A stretch of 63,636 nt of DNA, the filler included, from Thraustochytrium aureum (lineage: Eukaryota): the NCBI GenBank assembly GCA_012862495.1. It is 6 parts of 4 records of this genome, joined end to end, with 100 filler letters (N's around TTAATTAATTAA, not from the genome) between each part and the next. Parts side by side here need not be neighbours in the genome. Positions count along the whole stretch, not along the records: positions 1 to 27,720 come from BLSG01000138.1; 5 more parts are not named here. One strand, given 5' to 3'. The position numbers and the translations under genes were made by a program. Positions 12,984 to 24,141 of the stretch are shown piece after piece (positions within the stretch are counted from its first letter, which is position 1; every line of letters starts with the position of its first letter). The notes below the pieces were generated by a model, which had not been told where the DNA came from, ran no database searches, and saw only the letters and a program-made list of their open reading frames with translations.

Positions 12984-15044
12984 TCAGGCCGCCGCCGCGT
13001 TCTTGACAAAGGCCCACTCCGCCTCAAGGCGCTCGCGGCGATAAATGACGCGAATGTCTGGCACGTTCGTGTACGCAATGTTGTTGCCGTGGTTGAGCGC
13101 GGCGGCGTCGCCATAGCCGTCCCCGAGAAAGTGCGCCTTGTACGGGTGCTCGAACCCGCTCTGCAGCACCGAGTTGCGGGCGATCTCGCACTGGTCGGTG
13201 GCGCTAAACTTCCAGACCTGCGCCGCGACGCTGTACTCCTCAACGAGGGGTTCCTTGGTGATGTGCAGCATGAGCGGGTCGTCGGTGGAGAGCGAGACGT
13301 TGAGGCCCCGCGCGAAGAAGACCGGGAACGGGTTGCTGTGGTAGTCCAGGAAGAGCTTGTTGTTGGAGAGCGGGGACAGGGCGAGACCGATCTGCTTGAG
13401 ATAGTAGAGGTACTGCAGCGTCGGCAGTTTGCGCAGGAGAATCCCGTGGTTGATGCTGTCCGCGCACAAGAAGGTGGCCGCGAGGTTGTTGACGTCGCCC
13501 GCCTCGCCGGCGTGCGGGCGGAACTGGAACGTGGTGAGGCCCAGGGCCTGGCGCAGCGCGTTGAGCGAGTAAATGTTGGCGTAGATGTAGTAGATCCAGT
13601 ACGAATACGGCGGGTTGATGGCGAGGTCCCACTCTGCCGGGACTGGGAGCTGGCTGTGCGTGGGGCGCTCGAGGCGCGACTCGTCGTCGACGCAGTCAAA
13701 ACCGGTCACCTGGTTGAGGAAGTTGTCGAGCTCTGGGTTGGAGGACGGGTCGAGCGTTACCGCAAAGAGGGGCTGGAAGATGTTGGTGAGCATGTCCTGA
13801 AAGTTGTTGACAAGGCCGAGCCCCTTGTAGACCGAGTAGAGGCGCGGGATCTGCACCATCCAGCGCACGTTGGGGCTGGCGAGCCGGTTGGTGAAGTACC
13901 AATTGGCGAGGTTCTCCCACTCGTCCAGGCTGCGGCCGTAGATCGAGATCCGCGGCTCAAGCATCACATACTTGTTGGCCTCGCAGTCGCTAAAGACTTC
14001 TTGCGAGATCTCTGCCAGGTACCTGCCCGCGAGCAGGTTGTCACTCTTGAGGAAGATCTCGCGCAGCCGCGACTCGCCCATCGGGTTGTACTTGAGGTTG
14101 AAGCGGTCGAACCGGTGGAACGTGTTGTCTGCGTGCATGTCCAGCGTGTCGATGCTCAGGTCGTACGCGGTGAGCTTGAGGCTGCGAAACACCTCGGACA
14201 GGGTGAGCAGCTTGCCGTCGCGCTTGATCACGACCTCGCTGGGGCAGCGCTTGAGCTTGGACTTGATGAAGCGCAAGAGGTGCTTTTGGTTCATCACCGC
14301 GCTGTGGTGGATGTGCGTGTCAACCTTGCGCACGTTGTAAAAGTCGCGGTGCGGAACGGTGCGCTGCACGGCGGTCTCCTTCTCCGCGTTCAGGAGCTGG
14401 TGCAGCCCGTAAAGTGAATCGAGCAGCTTGAGCCGCTTGTAGCACGTCGACTTGCACGCGGCGTCGTGCACGGTGCTCATCAGCAGGAACAGGTCGTCGT
14501 AGAACTCAAGCACCGAGGGGGGCTCGGCTAGCTTCTCGCCCAAGGCCGCCTTGGCGTCGTTGCTCAGGACCTCGACTCTGACCACGCCGTCTTTGAACTC
14601 CGCCCTCACTTCGGAGGGTGCAAACTTGAACGACCGCTTGGTCCAGATCGAGTCATCCTCCGAGGTCGGGAACGGCACGAACGGCGGGTCGGGCCGCCGG
14701 CGCAGCGCCGCTTGTCCGCCTTTGCCTTGCTGCGATGCGCGCTCGAACTGGGATCTGCGCTGGAAGCGCTCTTTGTCGATCCCGCCCCAGTTTTGCTTGG
14801 GCCCTGGAAACCGGTACTTGTCGCGGAGCTCGGCGGCCTCGAGGATGCGTTTGCAGACCGACTTGATTTCTGCCGAGTGCTCGGCCTGCTCCTCGCTGAT
14901 CGTCACGCGCTGGAACGCCGTCATGTAGTCCTTGCTCTCTTGCTCCACATGCACTGGGATGTCGCTCACGAAGATTTCGGACAGACTCTCCCCAGCATGC
15001 CCGCCTGCGGCGGCGGCGCTCTTGATGCTGCTCAGCCCATGCAT
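12984..15044 (-). CDS. AMPD: AMP deaminase
   Basis: Motifs DFYNVRKVDTHIH, MNQKHLLRFIK, HRFDRFNLKYNP, FRPHAGEAGD, INHGILL and the signature SLSTDDPL. Start taken at the ATG next to the gap. Confidence 0.96.
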   Translation of the reverse strand: MHGLSSIKSAAAAGGHAGESLSEIFVSDIPVHVEQESKDYMTAFQRVTISEEQAEHSAEIKSVCKRILEAAELRDKYRFPGPKQNWGGIDKERFQRRSQFERASQQGKGGQAALRRRPDPPFVPFPTSEDDSIWTKRSFKFAPSEVRAEFKDGVVRVEVLSNDAKAALGEKLAEPPSVLEFYDDLFLLMSTVHDAACKSTCYKRLKLLDSLYGLHQLLNAEKETAVQRTVPHRDFYNVRKVDTHIHHSAVMNQKHLLRFIKSKLKRCPSEVVIKRDGKLLTLSEVFRSLKLTAYDLSIDTLDMHADNTFHRFDRFNLKYNPMGESRLREIFLKSDNLLAGRYLAEISQEVFSDCEANKYVMLEPRISIYGRSLDEWENLANWYFTNRLASPNVRWMVQIPRLYSVYKGLGLVNNFQDMLTNIFQPLFAVTLDPSSNPELDNFLNQVTGFDCVDDESRLERPTHSQLPVPAEWDLAINPPYSYWIYYIYANIYSLNALRQALGLTTFQFRPHAGEAGDVNNLAATFLCADSINHGILLRKLPTLQYLYYLKQIGLALSPLSNNKLFLDYHSNPFPVFFARGLNVSLSTDDPLMLHITKEPLVEEYSVAAQVWKFSATDQCEIARNSVLQSGFEHPYKAHFLGDGYGDAAALNHGNNIAYTNVPDIRVIYRRERLEAEWAFVKNAAAA

Positions 15045-16083
15045 CTTNNNNNNNNNNNNNNNNNNNNNNNNNNNNNNNNNNNNNNNNNNNNNNNNNNNNN
15101 NNNNNNNNNNNNNNNNNNNNNNNNNNNNNNNNNNNNNNNNNNNNNNNNNNNNNNNNNNNNNNNNNNNNNNNNNNNNNNNNNNNNNNNNNNNNNNNNNNNN
15201 NNNNNNNNNNNNNNNNNNNNNNNNNNNNNNNNNNNNNNNNNNNNNNNNNNNNNNNNNNNNNNNNNNNNNNNNNNNNNNNNNNNNNNNNNNNNNNNNNNNN
15301 NNNNNNNNNNNNNNNNNNNNNNNNNNNNNNNNNNNNNNNNNNNNNNNNNNNNNNNNNNNNNNNNNNNNNNNNNNNNNNNNNNNNNNNNNNNNNNNNNNNN
15401 NNNNNNNNNNNNNNNNNNNNNNNNNNNNNNNNNNNNNNNNNNNNNNNNNNNNNNNNNNNNNNNNNNNNNNNNNNNNNNNNNNNNNNNNNNNNNNNNNNNN
15501 NNNNNNNNNNNNNNNNNNNNNNNNNNNNNNNNNNGCCCCTCGTGGACTGCCAGCCAATGCTCGTCTGCGCGATGCGCGCCCCCTGCGATGATCCTTCTTC
15601 CCGCCGGCCTGCGATTCGAGTCTGCTGCCACGCCATCGTCCATCCACAAGACTCCAAAAGATAGGGAGGCGATGATCATCGCGGGCGGCCGATGATCATC
15701 GCGGCCGTGGACCATTCTTGCCACGACGCTTGACGGACTCGGCAGGCGTCGGCGCTCGAGAGGAACTCGGAGAGAGAGCGCTACGCTGCGTCGGCAATGT
15801 GGTGAGGGGAAGGGCTCGCTTTGGTGCTCTGCTCGGGTGGCGGGCGACTCGAGGCCGCCGAGGTGCAGTCTTGTCGGCAACAGCTTGGTCAACAGGCCAC
15901 GGGCGTTCGATGACACGGTCAAATGACACAATAGGCCTACCGCTTGATCAAGAGCGACTTGACTGCAGAATGAGGTGCTATGTAGCATTGCTTGAAGTGC
16001 CATGATGCGGGGGCTAGAGTGTCGGATGCCATCTTCGAGCTCCAATTGAAGTGACGCTGCCGATGCAAGCACTGCGGGGGGTT

Positions 16084-17949
16084 TCACAGCCGACCTGTTG
16101 AGTGCCCGCCAGGAGCTGACGTCTTGCACGGCAACAACGCGCTGGCGCTGGCGCACCAGGTTGACAAGACCGCCAACTCGAGCGGTTCTCTCAATTCTTC
16201 GTTCATGACAGTGCGCTGGGTGCTCCATGTCGGAGGCGGCGCCTCCTCTGGCGAGAAGAGCCAGAGCTCCTCTCCGCGCCGCGTTCGCCAGCTTGGCCGC
16301 GACAATGAATGCGCCCGACGCGGCGACGGGCGAGCTTTATGGCATTCCCGGCTGCGGTGGCCTTCGGACAACCGGGGCGGCCGGGCCGGCATTTGAGAAG
16401 CCAGCTGAGTTCGAAGTTGTGCGTGTGCTGCTGCTTGCGCCTCGGCGACGTCGACGTCAGCTGGGCAAATCAGGCACGTTGGTGGCAGAGGACCGAACGG
16501 GCTTGTACGCGATGCTGTGCCTGCTGCTGCCTTTCGCGCCGCGTTCATGTGCAGGTCGGCCTCCGCGTTCGCGCCTTGCAGACGAAACAGTGCCGCAAGA
16601 GCGATTTGCACGCGTGTTGTGTCAACGTTAACAACCGCTGCAGCGCGCAAAGCCTGTTGCTGAGTGAACCTCGCGGCCGTAAACATGCCCTGTCGCGCTT
16701 GTTCCAAACCCAGTCTGTGCAAGGCCTCGGCTCGAAGTAGGTGGTCTCGCGACAGCCCTGCTACAGCTACTGCTAAGAGTTCCACGGCCTTGCTGGCGCT
16801 TGGTGGCCCTCCCAGGCGCTGCGCAAGGAGGGCGCTGGAGAGCGCGAGTTCACCCGCGAGCTCGCAGGGGCCATTGGGCTGCTGAAGAGCGCGACGCGCA
16901 AGGCCGCAATGCGCCAAAGATTTGCGCATGGCGGCTCGGCTTGCTCGGAGATGACGCAGTTTGGTTTGGTCAGATTTGATGGCCTCCAAGCGCCACCGCA
17001 GGGCCAGAGCCCGGTGTGCGCCCGCCTGATCAAAACATGCTGATTGCCCTTGCAAGCGAGAGCTAGATAACGCCCGATGCAGCCAAACTGCGGCGGCGCG
17101 CAGCTCGCCGCAGTTTATCAAGAGCTGGCCCACCGAAAGCTGCAGTCTGCGTATCGTATCAGCACCGCACACCTGAGCACTTTGCATGGCGCGGATGGCG
17201 AGGTTTGCCACGGCTCTGCAGACGAGCGCGGCTACAATGCGAGCGGCGTCCCCTGCGCGGGCGCCTTGGGCGTGCATTTCCTCCCGAAGGACCTGGGCGG
17301 CAGCCTCGCTACCGCATACATAGAGTTGCTGCGCTCGTATTGCCTTCACGAGGCTCTCTGGGGAACGTGCCAACTCGATAGCAGTCGCTCGAGTGTCGCT
17401 CACTTGAACTGTGACTGACTTGCCGAACCTGGAGGCGGCAAGCAATCGCAGCACTGTCCCGGCGCTTGTTGCGACACTGAGAATGGACCGCAAATCAGGT
17501 CTGCTACAAATGGCAACCTTCGAACATCGTCGCACGGTCCACACGGCCTGCCGCTCAGCTTCGAGGGCTTGAAGCGCAGAATGCTGCCTTGCTGGGCAAC
17601 CGATCCATGCGATTTCCTCGCTGGCGCACCGTCGGCGACCACCAGCAGGATGCGCGTCAAGCGCATCTACGAGCTCACAGAGGTCGAGGTCTGGACTGGC
17701 AACAACCAGTGTCTCTTCAGCACCTGGGCTTTCGAGCAGCGCGTCCGCGGTGTCAGCCACTGCCGGGACCGCTTCGAGCGCCGCGGCTACCGTGAGCCGC
17801 CCCCGTTTATGCGCGACGGACCCGTCTGATGCTTGACCGGAGGAAGTAGTTTCGCTTGCGAAGGCTGCTGTGGTGCGCTCATCGTCCGTGCGCTGCAGAT
17901 GGCGCAGCGCTGCCAGCGACACTGGCCGCGGGCCAATCCTGCTCATCAT
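16084..17949 (-). CDS. Uncharacterised Ala/Leu-rich helical (TPR-like) protein
   Basis: 621-aa ORF with TPR-like segments (AEALHRLGLEQARQGMFTAARFTQQQAL; IALAALFRLQGANAEA). It may continue by frameshift toward 15535. Confidence 0.45.
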   Translation of the reverse strand: MMSRIGPRPVSLAALRHLQRTDDERTTAAFASETTSSGQASDGSVAHKRGRLTVAAALEAVPAVADTADALLESPGAEETLVVASPDLDLCELVDALDAHPAGGRRRCASEEIAWIGCPARQHSALQALEAERQAVWTVRRCSKVAICSRPDLRSILSVATSAGTVLRLLAASRFGKSVTVQVSDTRATAIELARSPESLVKAIRAQQLYVCGSEAAAQVLREEMHAQGARAGDAARIVAALVCRAVANLAIRAMQSAQVCGADTIRRLQLSVGQLLINCGELRAAAVWLHRALSSSRLQGQSACFDQAGAHRALALRWRLEAIKSDQTKLRHLRASRAAMRKSLAHCGLARRALQQPNGPCELAGELALSSALLAQRLGGPPSASKAVELLAVAVAGLSRDHLLRAEALHRLGLEQARQGMFTAARFTQQQALRAAAVVNVDTTRVQIALAALFRLQGANAEADLHMNAARKAAAGTASRTSPFGPLPPTCLICPADVDVAEAQAAAHAQLRTQLASQMPARPPRLSEGHRSRECHKARPSPRRAHSLSRPSWRTRRGEELWLFSPEEAPPPTWSTQRTVMNEELREPLELAVLSTWCASASALLPCKTSAPGGHSTGRL

Positions 17950-18408
17950 GCTAGTCTTGTTTGCTCGCTAGCAGCCACAGCGCTTCGCGGCTCGCCGCGA
18001 GCACTCATGCTGAGGTTGTCGCGTCGGCGAGGGTGACGCGCCACGCATGGGCCCTTTTTCGCAACAGGAGGGAACAGCAACGCAACAGGAGCAAACCAAG
18101 TGTTTCTTTCCACTCTTCCGCGGTGAACGACAATTAATTGGAAAGATTGCGCCCCCCGCTCGACTGGCATCGCAGCCCGCTGGATTCGGCTCGCTCGTCA
18201 CCATTCGCATTGGCCATCATCACCGTTGGCTCCTGTGCCACCAGTAGCGCTGTGCTCGCAAAGTGTGGAGCACCGGTACTCGCCGGGGTCGGTCGAGTTG
18301 ACGCGTTGGAAACGGTATCAACGGACATGTTTCTGCCAATCTGCCGGGCCGCTTCGAGCAGTTGCCGAGCAGCAGCGGCCGAGCGAGATGGGGCACGGCC
18401 CGCTCGTC

Positions 18409-19863
18409 ATGTCGCGTACAAAGACAATCTTACTTGGCGAGCCGCGTGATGCTGCGCTGGTCGCCAAGTCGCGCATACGGGAAGCCGACCTTGCAGACGG
18501 CCAGGGCCTGGCATGGGTAGACCTTCACATGTGCCGGCTCAAGTCGCTGATCGGACAGCTCGACGAGGCGACGAGTGGGGCGACGCGCCAAAGCATTGTT
18601 CACGTCGACTGCTCGCTCAACTATTTTGTCTCGGTCCCTCTCCAGCTGCGGGTAGTCAGGTCGACGCTCGTCTCGCTGGACCTTTCGCTCAACCAGATCG
18701 CTGGCATTGAGCCAGGCCATTTGGATCTACCCAAACTCCGCGTACTCCGTCTTGCACGGAACAGCATACGGCACTTGGAGCCACGAGCGTTGGAGGGGCT
18801 ACAAAGCCTGGAAGAGCTCGACCTCTCCGGCAACCAGCTCGAGCACCTGGACGCCGTGAGCGGGCTGCGTGGGCTCAAGCACCTGAACGCGCGGTGCAAT
18901 CGCCTGCAGATCCTGAGCGGGGTCGCCTCCTTGGATGCTCTGGAGGAGCTCGACCTTTCGCAGAATCAGGTTGAAGACATTCTGGAACTTGCTGGCCTTG
19001 CCACGGTTCACCGGCTCGACCTCTCGCACAACCAGTTAGGGGACTTGGACGAGCTGTGCGACGTTGTGGCCTCACTTCCTGGGCTGCTGGATCTCAAGGT
19101 CATGGGCAACCCGGTCTGCGAGAAGGATAGGCACTATCGGATGCGAGTCCTCGGGAACACACCGATCGTCAAGCTCGACAACTCTTGCGTATCTATTGGG
19201 GCGCGCAGCGAGTGGGACGTGGCGCGCGTGCGCGACGACTTGGACAGTGTGGTTGAGCAGACCACACGACATTACATGCGGTGGATCGAGGCAGAGGCGG
19301 AGCGAAAGCAGGGCGCAATTGCCATCTTGCGCAAGCGCGAACAAGCCATCGAGCAGGCCTTTCAGGAGTACAAGACAACCATGGAGGCCGAGCTGGAAGA
19401 CTGTGTGAAATATATTCAAGAGCTCGCTGCAGACCCGGCCGCGGTGGCGAGCACGTCGCTTGCCACGCTGCGGGGCCAGCGCGCCTGGGCCGACCTGCTC
19501 GCTGAGGCGGACCGAGCCCGACAAGACACGCTCGCCACGGAGATGCGAGAGGTTGGCAAGTCAATGGACGCTGCAATCTCCCTGCAGTCCGACACCCTGG
19601 CATACGTCGCAAAGCTGCGCAAGCTTTGCGATTCGGATCCGGCGCTCTGGCGCAAGCTCAAGAAAACGGACCTGGACAGCCGGGGTGCCGAGGAAATCCG
19701 CGAAGCCGAGGAGCGCGAGAGAGGCGCTGAGGAGCGTCAAGCCAGGCGAGAGCGGCTGGAAAAGCGCGCTGAGAGTCGCAACCAGACAATGCTGGCTCTT
19801 GCGAACCAGTTGGAGCCGGGCCTCGGGCGGGGCCCTTCGCTAGGGCCTTCAGAAAGCACCTAG
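18409..19863 (+). CDS. Leucine-rich repeat protein with C-terminal coiled coil
   Basis: Repeated LxxLDLSxNQI units and an LRR cap (GNPVCEKDRHYRMRVL...LD), followed by a charged coiled coil. Start could be 18388 or 18409. Confidence 0.85.
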   Translation: MSRTKTILLGEPRDAALVAKSRIREADLADGQGLAWVDLHMCRLKSLIGQLDEATSGATRQSIVHVDCSLNYFVSVPLQLRVVRSTLVSLDLSLNQIAGIEPGHLDLPKLRVLRLARNSIRHLEPRALEGLQSLEELDLSGNQLEHLDAVSGLRGLKHLNARCNRLQILSGVASLDALEELDLSQNQVEDILELAGLATVHRLDLSHNQLGDLDELCDVVASLPGLLDLKVMGNPVCEKDRHYRMRVLGNTPIVKLDNSCVSIGARSEWDVARVRDDLDSVVEQTTRHYMRWIEAEAERKQGAIAILRKREQAIEQAFQEYKTTMEAELEDCVKYIQELAADPAAVASTSLATLRGQRAWADLLAEADRARQDTLATEMREVGKSMDAAISLQSDTLAYVAKLRKLCDSDPALWRKLKKTDLDSRGAEEIREAEERERGAEERQARRERLEKRAESRNQTMLALANQLEPGLGRGPSLGPSEST

Positions 19864-20042
19864 CGCTGGCGTTGGACTGAAGCGATGGACCTTTATTGTT
19901 GATTGATTGATCTTGATTCAAGAGCAGAAAGTTTGCGTACTGTTCGAGTAGGGGTTGTACTCGCGTACCGTATGAAGATACTTTTACTCTGATGGCCCCA
20001 TGGCCTCGCTCTCGCAGCTGCAGTGTCAGGCCAACTAGCGAA

Positions 20043-21788
20043 CTAGTAGTCGAACGTCTCCGTGACGAACGACCTCGGCGGGGCCTCCGCAAGGAGACGG
20101 CGAGCCAACGTTGCAAATCCGGACGGTCCGCAAATGAAGACCCGGTCCGCAGCGGCCAAGTCGAGCCTGTTCCGGGCCAGGCCGACCGTACGAGCTGACA
20201 ATCTCCCGCTCAAAACTTGCACAAACGGCGCGCTCACGAGCGCCTTGGCGGAGGGCGCGCTTTGCGTTGCGTTCACAAAGACGCGGAGTCGGCCATTGAG
20301 ATGGGCCGTCAACGCCCAGAGCTCCTCGCGGAAAATAACATCCTCGAGCGTCTTGACGCTGTAGAAGAGCGTCATACTCGGCCCCTCAACGAGCTGGGCA
20401 GCGGCGCGAAGTACCGACATCACCGGCGTGATCCCCGAGCCTGCTGCAGCAAACACGAGGGACGCGCTCGAAGAGGGCGCATAGTCGGGCGGGAGAACGA
20501 ATTCGCCTTCGACGCCTGCGAGGTATACCTCGAGCAATTTGCGCCTGCCGGCGTCGTGCAGGAGCTGCGAGGCGGCTCCTCCAGGCTTGAACTTGACGGA
20601 GATTGTGAACTGGTCGTCGCCGAACGGGCCCGGCTGCGGCGTCGACGAGAGCGTCCAGGCGCGGGTGAGGGGCGGCAAGGTCGGGTCTTCGAGACTGCGC
20701 AGCTTGAAGGTGCCGTACTGGCCAGCTCGGTACCGGATAGGCCGCTTGCTTTGCAGGTAGAAAGAGAGGACGTCGGGGGTCTCGCGCTCTACGCCAACCA
20801 CGCGCAGTTGATCGCCGAGGGATCCGGCTGGCGCGGGGTGGAATGGGCTAGGCCGCTCGTTGGCAAACCGCAGCACGAGCGCCCCTCGGAGGAGCGTGAC
20901 GTGCTCTATAGATACAGAGACAACGCGTTCTGATCCTGGCAGAGCAGGGTCCTTGCTCATCTGCACTGTCGCTCTGCCGGCGATCTGTGTGACATCGCCG
21001 CTGGCAAAGTCCACAACGAGTAGGCCGACGCGCGAGTCCAAGTTGATGTTGCCCAGCGTGTTGAAGAAGCCGTTGCCGACGTAATCGGGAAAGCGCACTG
21101 ACGCGCCACCGTCCATCACTTTGACAAAGCCGCGCGGGCCACCCCGGTGGCTCACGTCGACGCCCACCTCGCGCGTCCCAGACGCAATGAAGAACGTGTC
21201 GGCGGTTGCAAGTGCTGCCGAAGTCTGCTGCTTGGCCTCCTCCGCGGCGCCAGGCCACGATTCCACATGGATCGGGGCACCGCGCTGCGCTGGCTCTGGC
21301 ATGACAATCATGTCTCTTGAGGTGATATACTTGGGGCAGTTGCCAAAGCTGTGCGAGACGCGAACTCGGCGACGACTGCCCTGGCCACCCCCAAGAACAA
21401 ACCCGTTGACCCGGTTCCGGCGTCTCGTATCCAGTTGGATGCCGAGGATGCCAACGGGGTCGTTGTGCGACGCCGAGTTTCTCAAAAAGGCGTCGCCCTG
21501 CAGTGCGGCGTCCGGGTTGAGCTCAAAGGTCGTCTTGTCTGCGGAGGAGAAAATTGGGGCCTTCCCAGACCTCTGCAGCACAGACGCTCGCGGGAACCCG
21601 TCTGGGTCGAGCGTGGCGGCGATGAGCCACTCGCTCTCGGCGAAGAAGGTAGTATGTTGCACTGGCATGGCTGATCGAATGAAACTCCCCACAACTTGGC
21701 GATGCTCCTCTGCCTGGCGTGCACCCATCACGCGTTCTTGGAGCTCCATCTCGCCGGCGTGAAACCTTGTCGTCTCTGTGGTCTGCAT
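20043..21788 (-). CDS. Pyridoxamine 5'-phosphate oxidase-like FMN-binding (x2) + FNR-type FAD/NAD(P)H-binding fusion oxidoreductase
   Basis: FHAGEMELQ, TRRRNRVNG, SFGNCPKYI, ADTFFIAS, DVSHRGG and GNGFFNTLGN. Then FNR motifs YRAGQY, RAWTLSS, AAGSGITP, FICGP and terminal ETF. Intronless. Confidence 0.85.
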   Translation of the reverse strand: MQTTETTRFHAGEMELQERVMGARQAEEHRQVVGSFIRSAMPVQHTTFFAESEWLIAATLDPDGFPRASVLQRSGKAPIFSSADKTTFELNPDAALQGDAFLRNSASHNDPVGILGIQLDTRRRNRVNGFVLGGGQGSRRRVRVSHSFGNCPKYITSRDMIVMPEPAQRGAPIHVESWPGAAEEAKQQTSAALATADTFFIASGTREVGVDVSHRGGPRGFVKVMDGGASVRFPDYVGNGFFNTLGNINLDSRVGLLVVDFASGDVTQIAGRATVQMSKDPALPGSERVVSVSIEHVTLLRGALVLRFANERPSPFHPAPAGSLGDQLRVVGVERETPDVLSFYLQSKRPIRYRAGQYGTFKLRSLEDPTLPPLTRAWTLSSTPQPGPFGDDQFTISVKFKPGGAASQLLHDAGRRKLLEVYLAGVEGEFVLPPDYAPSSSASLVFAAAGSGITPVMSVLRAAAQLVEGPSMTLFYSVKTLEDVIFREELWALTAHLNGRLRVFVNATQSAPSAKALVSAPFVQVLSGRLSARTVGLARNRLDLAAADRVFICGPSGFATLARRLLAEAPPRSFVTETFDY

Positions 21789-23161
21789 CCTGTGAAAGGC
21801 CCTTGTGCTGCACTGTTGTCGTGCCGCTTCTGCTCGGCCGATTCGGCATTGCTTTGCTTCCTCGATCGGCTGGCCAGGTCCAGGTCGAGCAAGCCCTGGG
21901 GCATTGGCCTCGTGTAAACTCGCCTTACCCGGCTCTTCTCGATGCACGCTGTGGCAGCTCGCTGTCCAGGCATGCAAGCGAACTACGCGTAGAGACAACT
22001 CGCTGTAGTAGAGCACTCACTACTCAGTAGGGGTACTCCCTTGCTCCACTCGATTTGGTTGCTCGGGATCGCCAGCCGCCACGCCGAGACCGGTCTGGTC
22101 GCGCACCGCAAGGGTCACGACTCGGCGAAAACCCAACGACCCGGTTGCCCGATGCTGCTGCTGCGACGCAACGACCCGGTTGGCCGACGCTGCTGCGACG
22201 GAGTCCAGGACACGAGTCACGCCGAGTCGCGCCGCGTGCATGCGGGCTGGCAACGGCGACGGACTCCGGGTATGTATGTAGGTAGTACGCTCGCTGCTCG
22301 TGGTGAGAGCAGCATTGGTCATAACGGGTCTCGGGAGAATCTGCCAGCGTCCCGTGGTGCGGTGTGGCGGACGGCAAGTGTTGGCGCTGGCCCAGTGACG
22401 GGCTGATGAACGGTGATGGCGAGAANNNNNNNNNNNNNNNNNNNNNNNNNNNNNNNNNNNNNNNNNNNNNNNNNNNNNNNNNNNNNNNNNNNNNNNNNNN
22501 NNNNNNNNNNNNNNNNNNNNNNNNNNNNNNNNNNNNNNNNNNNNNNNNNNNNNNNNNNNNNNNNNNNNNNNNNNNNNNNNNNNNNNNNNNNNNNNNNNNN
22601 NNNNNNNNNNNNNNNNNNNNNNNNNNNNNNNNNNNNNNNNNNNNNNNNNNNNNNNNNNNNNNNNNNNNNNNNNNNNNNNNNNNNNNNNNNNNNNNNNNNN
22701 NNNNNNNNNNNNNNNNNNNNNNNNNNNNNNNNNNNNNNNNNNNNNNNNNNNNNNNGAGAGCTCTGGAGTAGGTAGGGCGGGCGAGGGAGCGAGCGACCTG
22801 TAGTTGGCTGCCCTGCGCGCGCAGGGCGCAGCCTGCTCTGCTGCTGCGGGCGCGGAGGCAAGGGGCGAGAGGACGGAGTCGGACTGTGAAAAGCGTGTTA
22901 TTAGTGTGGAGTGGACCGGCCTCAGCGGTGGGGAAAATCGCTCTTTGCCGCACGTGGGCGCAGAGCTGCGTTTGCTGGGGACCGGTCTTGTAATTCACTG
23001 TCGCGTCGAATTGGCGCGGTGGTTGTGACGATGGTGCGGGGCGCGGGCAGCGCTGGGCCTCGGAGCTGCCAGCCTGCACGCCCTCGCACTGAGTAGTAGA
23101 AGTGGTCCTGCTTGGAGCAGGCGGGTATGGTGCAGGTCGTCGTCTGCAGATGGGGAGGACG

Positions 23162-23596
23162 TCACCGCTGGTGCACGGCCTGGCCCGGCTTGAAGAAGTC
23201 GCCGAGCATGAAGCGGAGTTCGTGGTTCTCCCGCTCGAAGTGGCGGAGGTACCCAGCAAGCGCGTACAGCTTCTGGTTCTCGGCGGTCAGCTCCTCCACG
23301 CGGCGCTCGAGCTGGGCGTTGAGCGCGAGAGTCTCGTTGTCCATGCGCTTGGCCTGCGCGATGGCCTCGCGCGCGTGCTCGAGCTGCATCTCCAGCACGC
23401 CCACGCGCTTCTTGAGGTCATCCTCGCTGCCGGCGGAAGCGTCATCGTCAAACACGTTGTTGAACACGTCCACGGCGCGGTCCACGCCGAGCGAGTCCGC
23501 CACGCTCTCCTGTTTGGCCTTGCGTTTCGCCTCCAGCGAGGCAGCAAACGCGCGAAACCCTTCAATCTCGCTCGCCTTGTCGCTGTGCTCCCCACC
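23162..23596 (-). CDS. Short coiled-coil protein (last exon)
   Basis: Heptad-rich sequence LKKRVGVLEMQLEHAREAI...LERRVEELTAENQKL. A CAG acceptor-like site lies at about 23597; upstream exon(s) probably lie in the gap. Confidence 0.55.
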   Translation of the reverse strand, partial: GGEHSDKASEIEGFRAFAASLEAKRKAKQESVADSLGVDRAVDVFNNVFDDDASAGSEDDLKKRVGVLEMQLEHAREAIAQAKRMDNETLALNAQLERRVEELTAENQKLYALAGYLRHFERENHELRFMLGDFFKPGQAVHQR

Positions 23597-24141
23597 TGAC
23601 CAGACCTCGGTTCACGCGCTGCCTCATCATCGCCAGCGCCCATCTCTTCCACGCGCTCCTCCGTTCCCTGCCTGTCTGCCTGCCTGCTGGCTGGCTGGCT
23701 GGCTGGCTGGCTGGAGCGCCCGACCCCCCGACCGACCGACCGACCGACTGGCGCACTTCCAACACAACGCCAAACCCCGACAACCCCGCTCGCCCGCCCG
23801 CACACACACACGCCTCGCGCCCGCACGCCCGCCTTGCGCNNNNNNNNNNNNNNNNNNNNNNNNNNNNNNNNNNNNNNNNNNNNNNNNNNNNNNNNNNNNN
23901 NNNNNNNNNNNNNNNNNNNNNNNNNNNNNNNNNNNNNNNNNNNNNNNNNNNNNNNNNNNNNNNNNNNNNNNNNNNNNNNNNNNNNNNNNNNNNNNNNNNN
24001 NNNNNNNNNNNNNNNNNNNNNNNNNNNNNNNNNNNNNNGCTCTCCCTCCCTCCCTGCTCGCTCTCACTAGGGCCTCCCTCCCTGCTGCGGCGCAGGCCTT
24101 TTTCATACTCCGTTGTGCGCCCGCCCTCCAGGCTGCTTATG

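Noticed and set aside
12858..14417. Long antisense ORFs (519 aa opposite AMPD; also 1096..2115, 25959..27104, 49628..52405, 59102..60322)
   Set aside because: These are shadow ORFs caused by high GC3 codon bias opposite real genes, with no domain signal.
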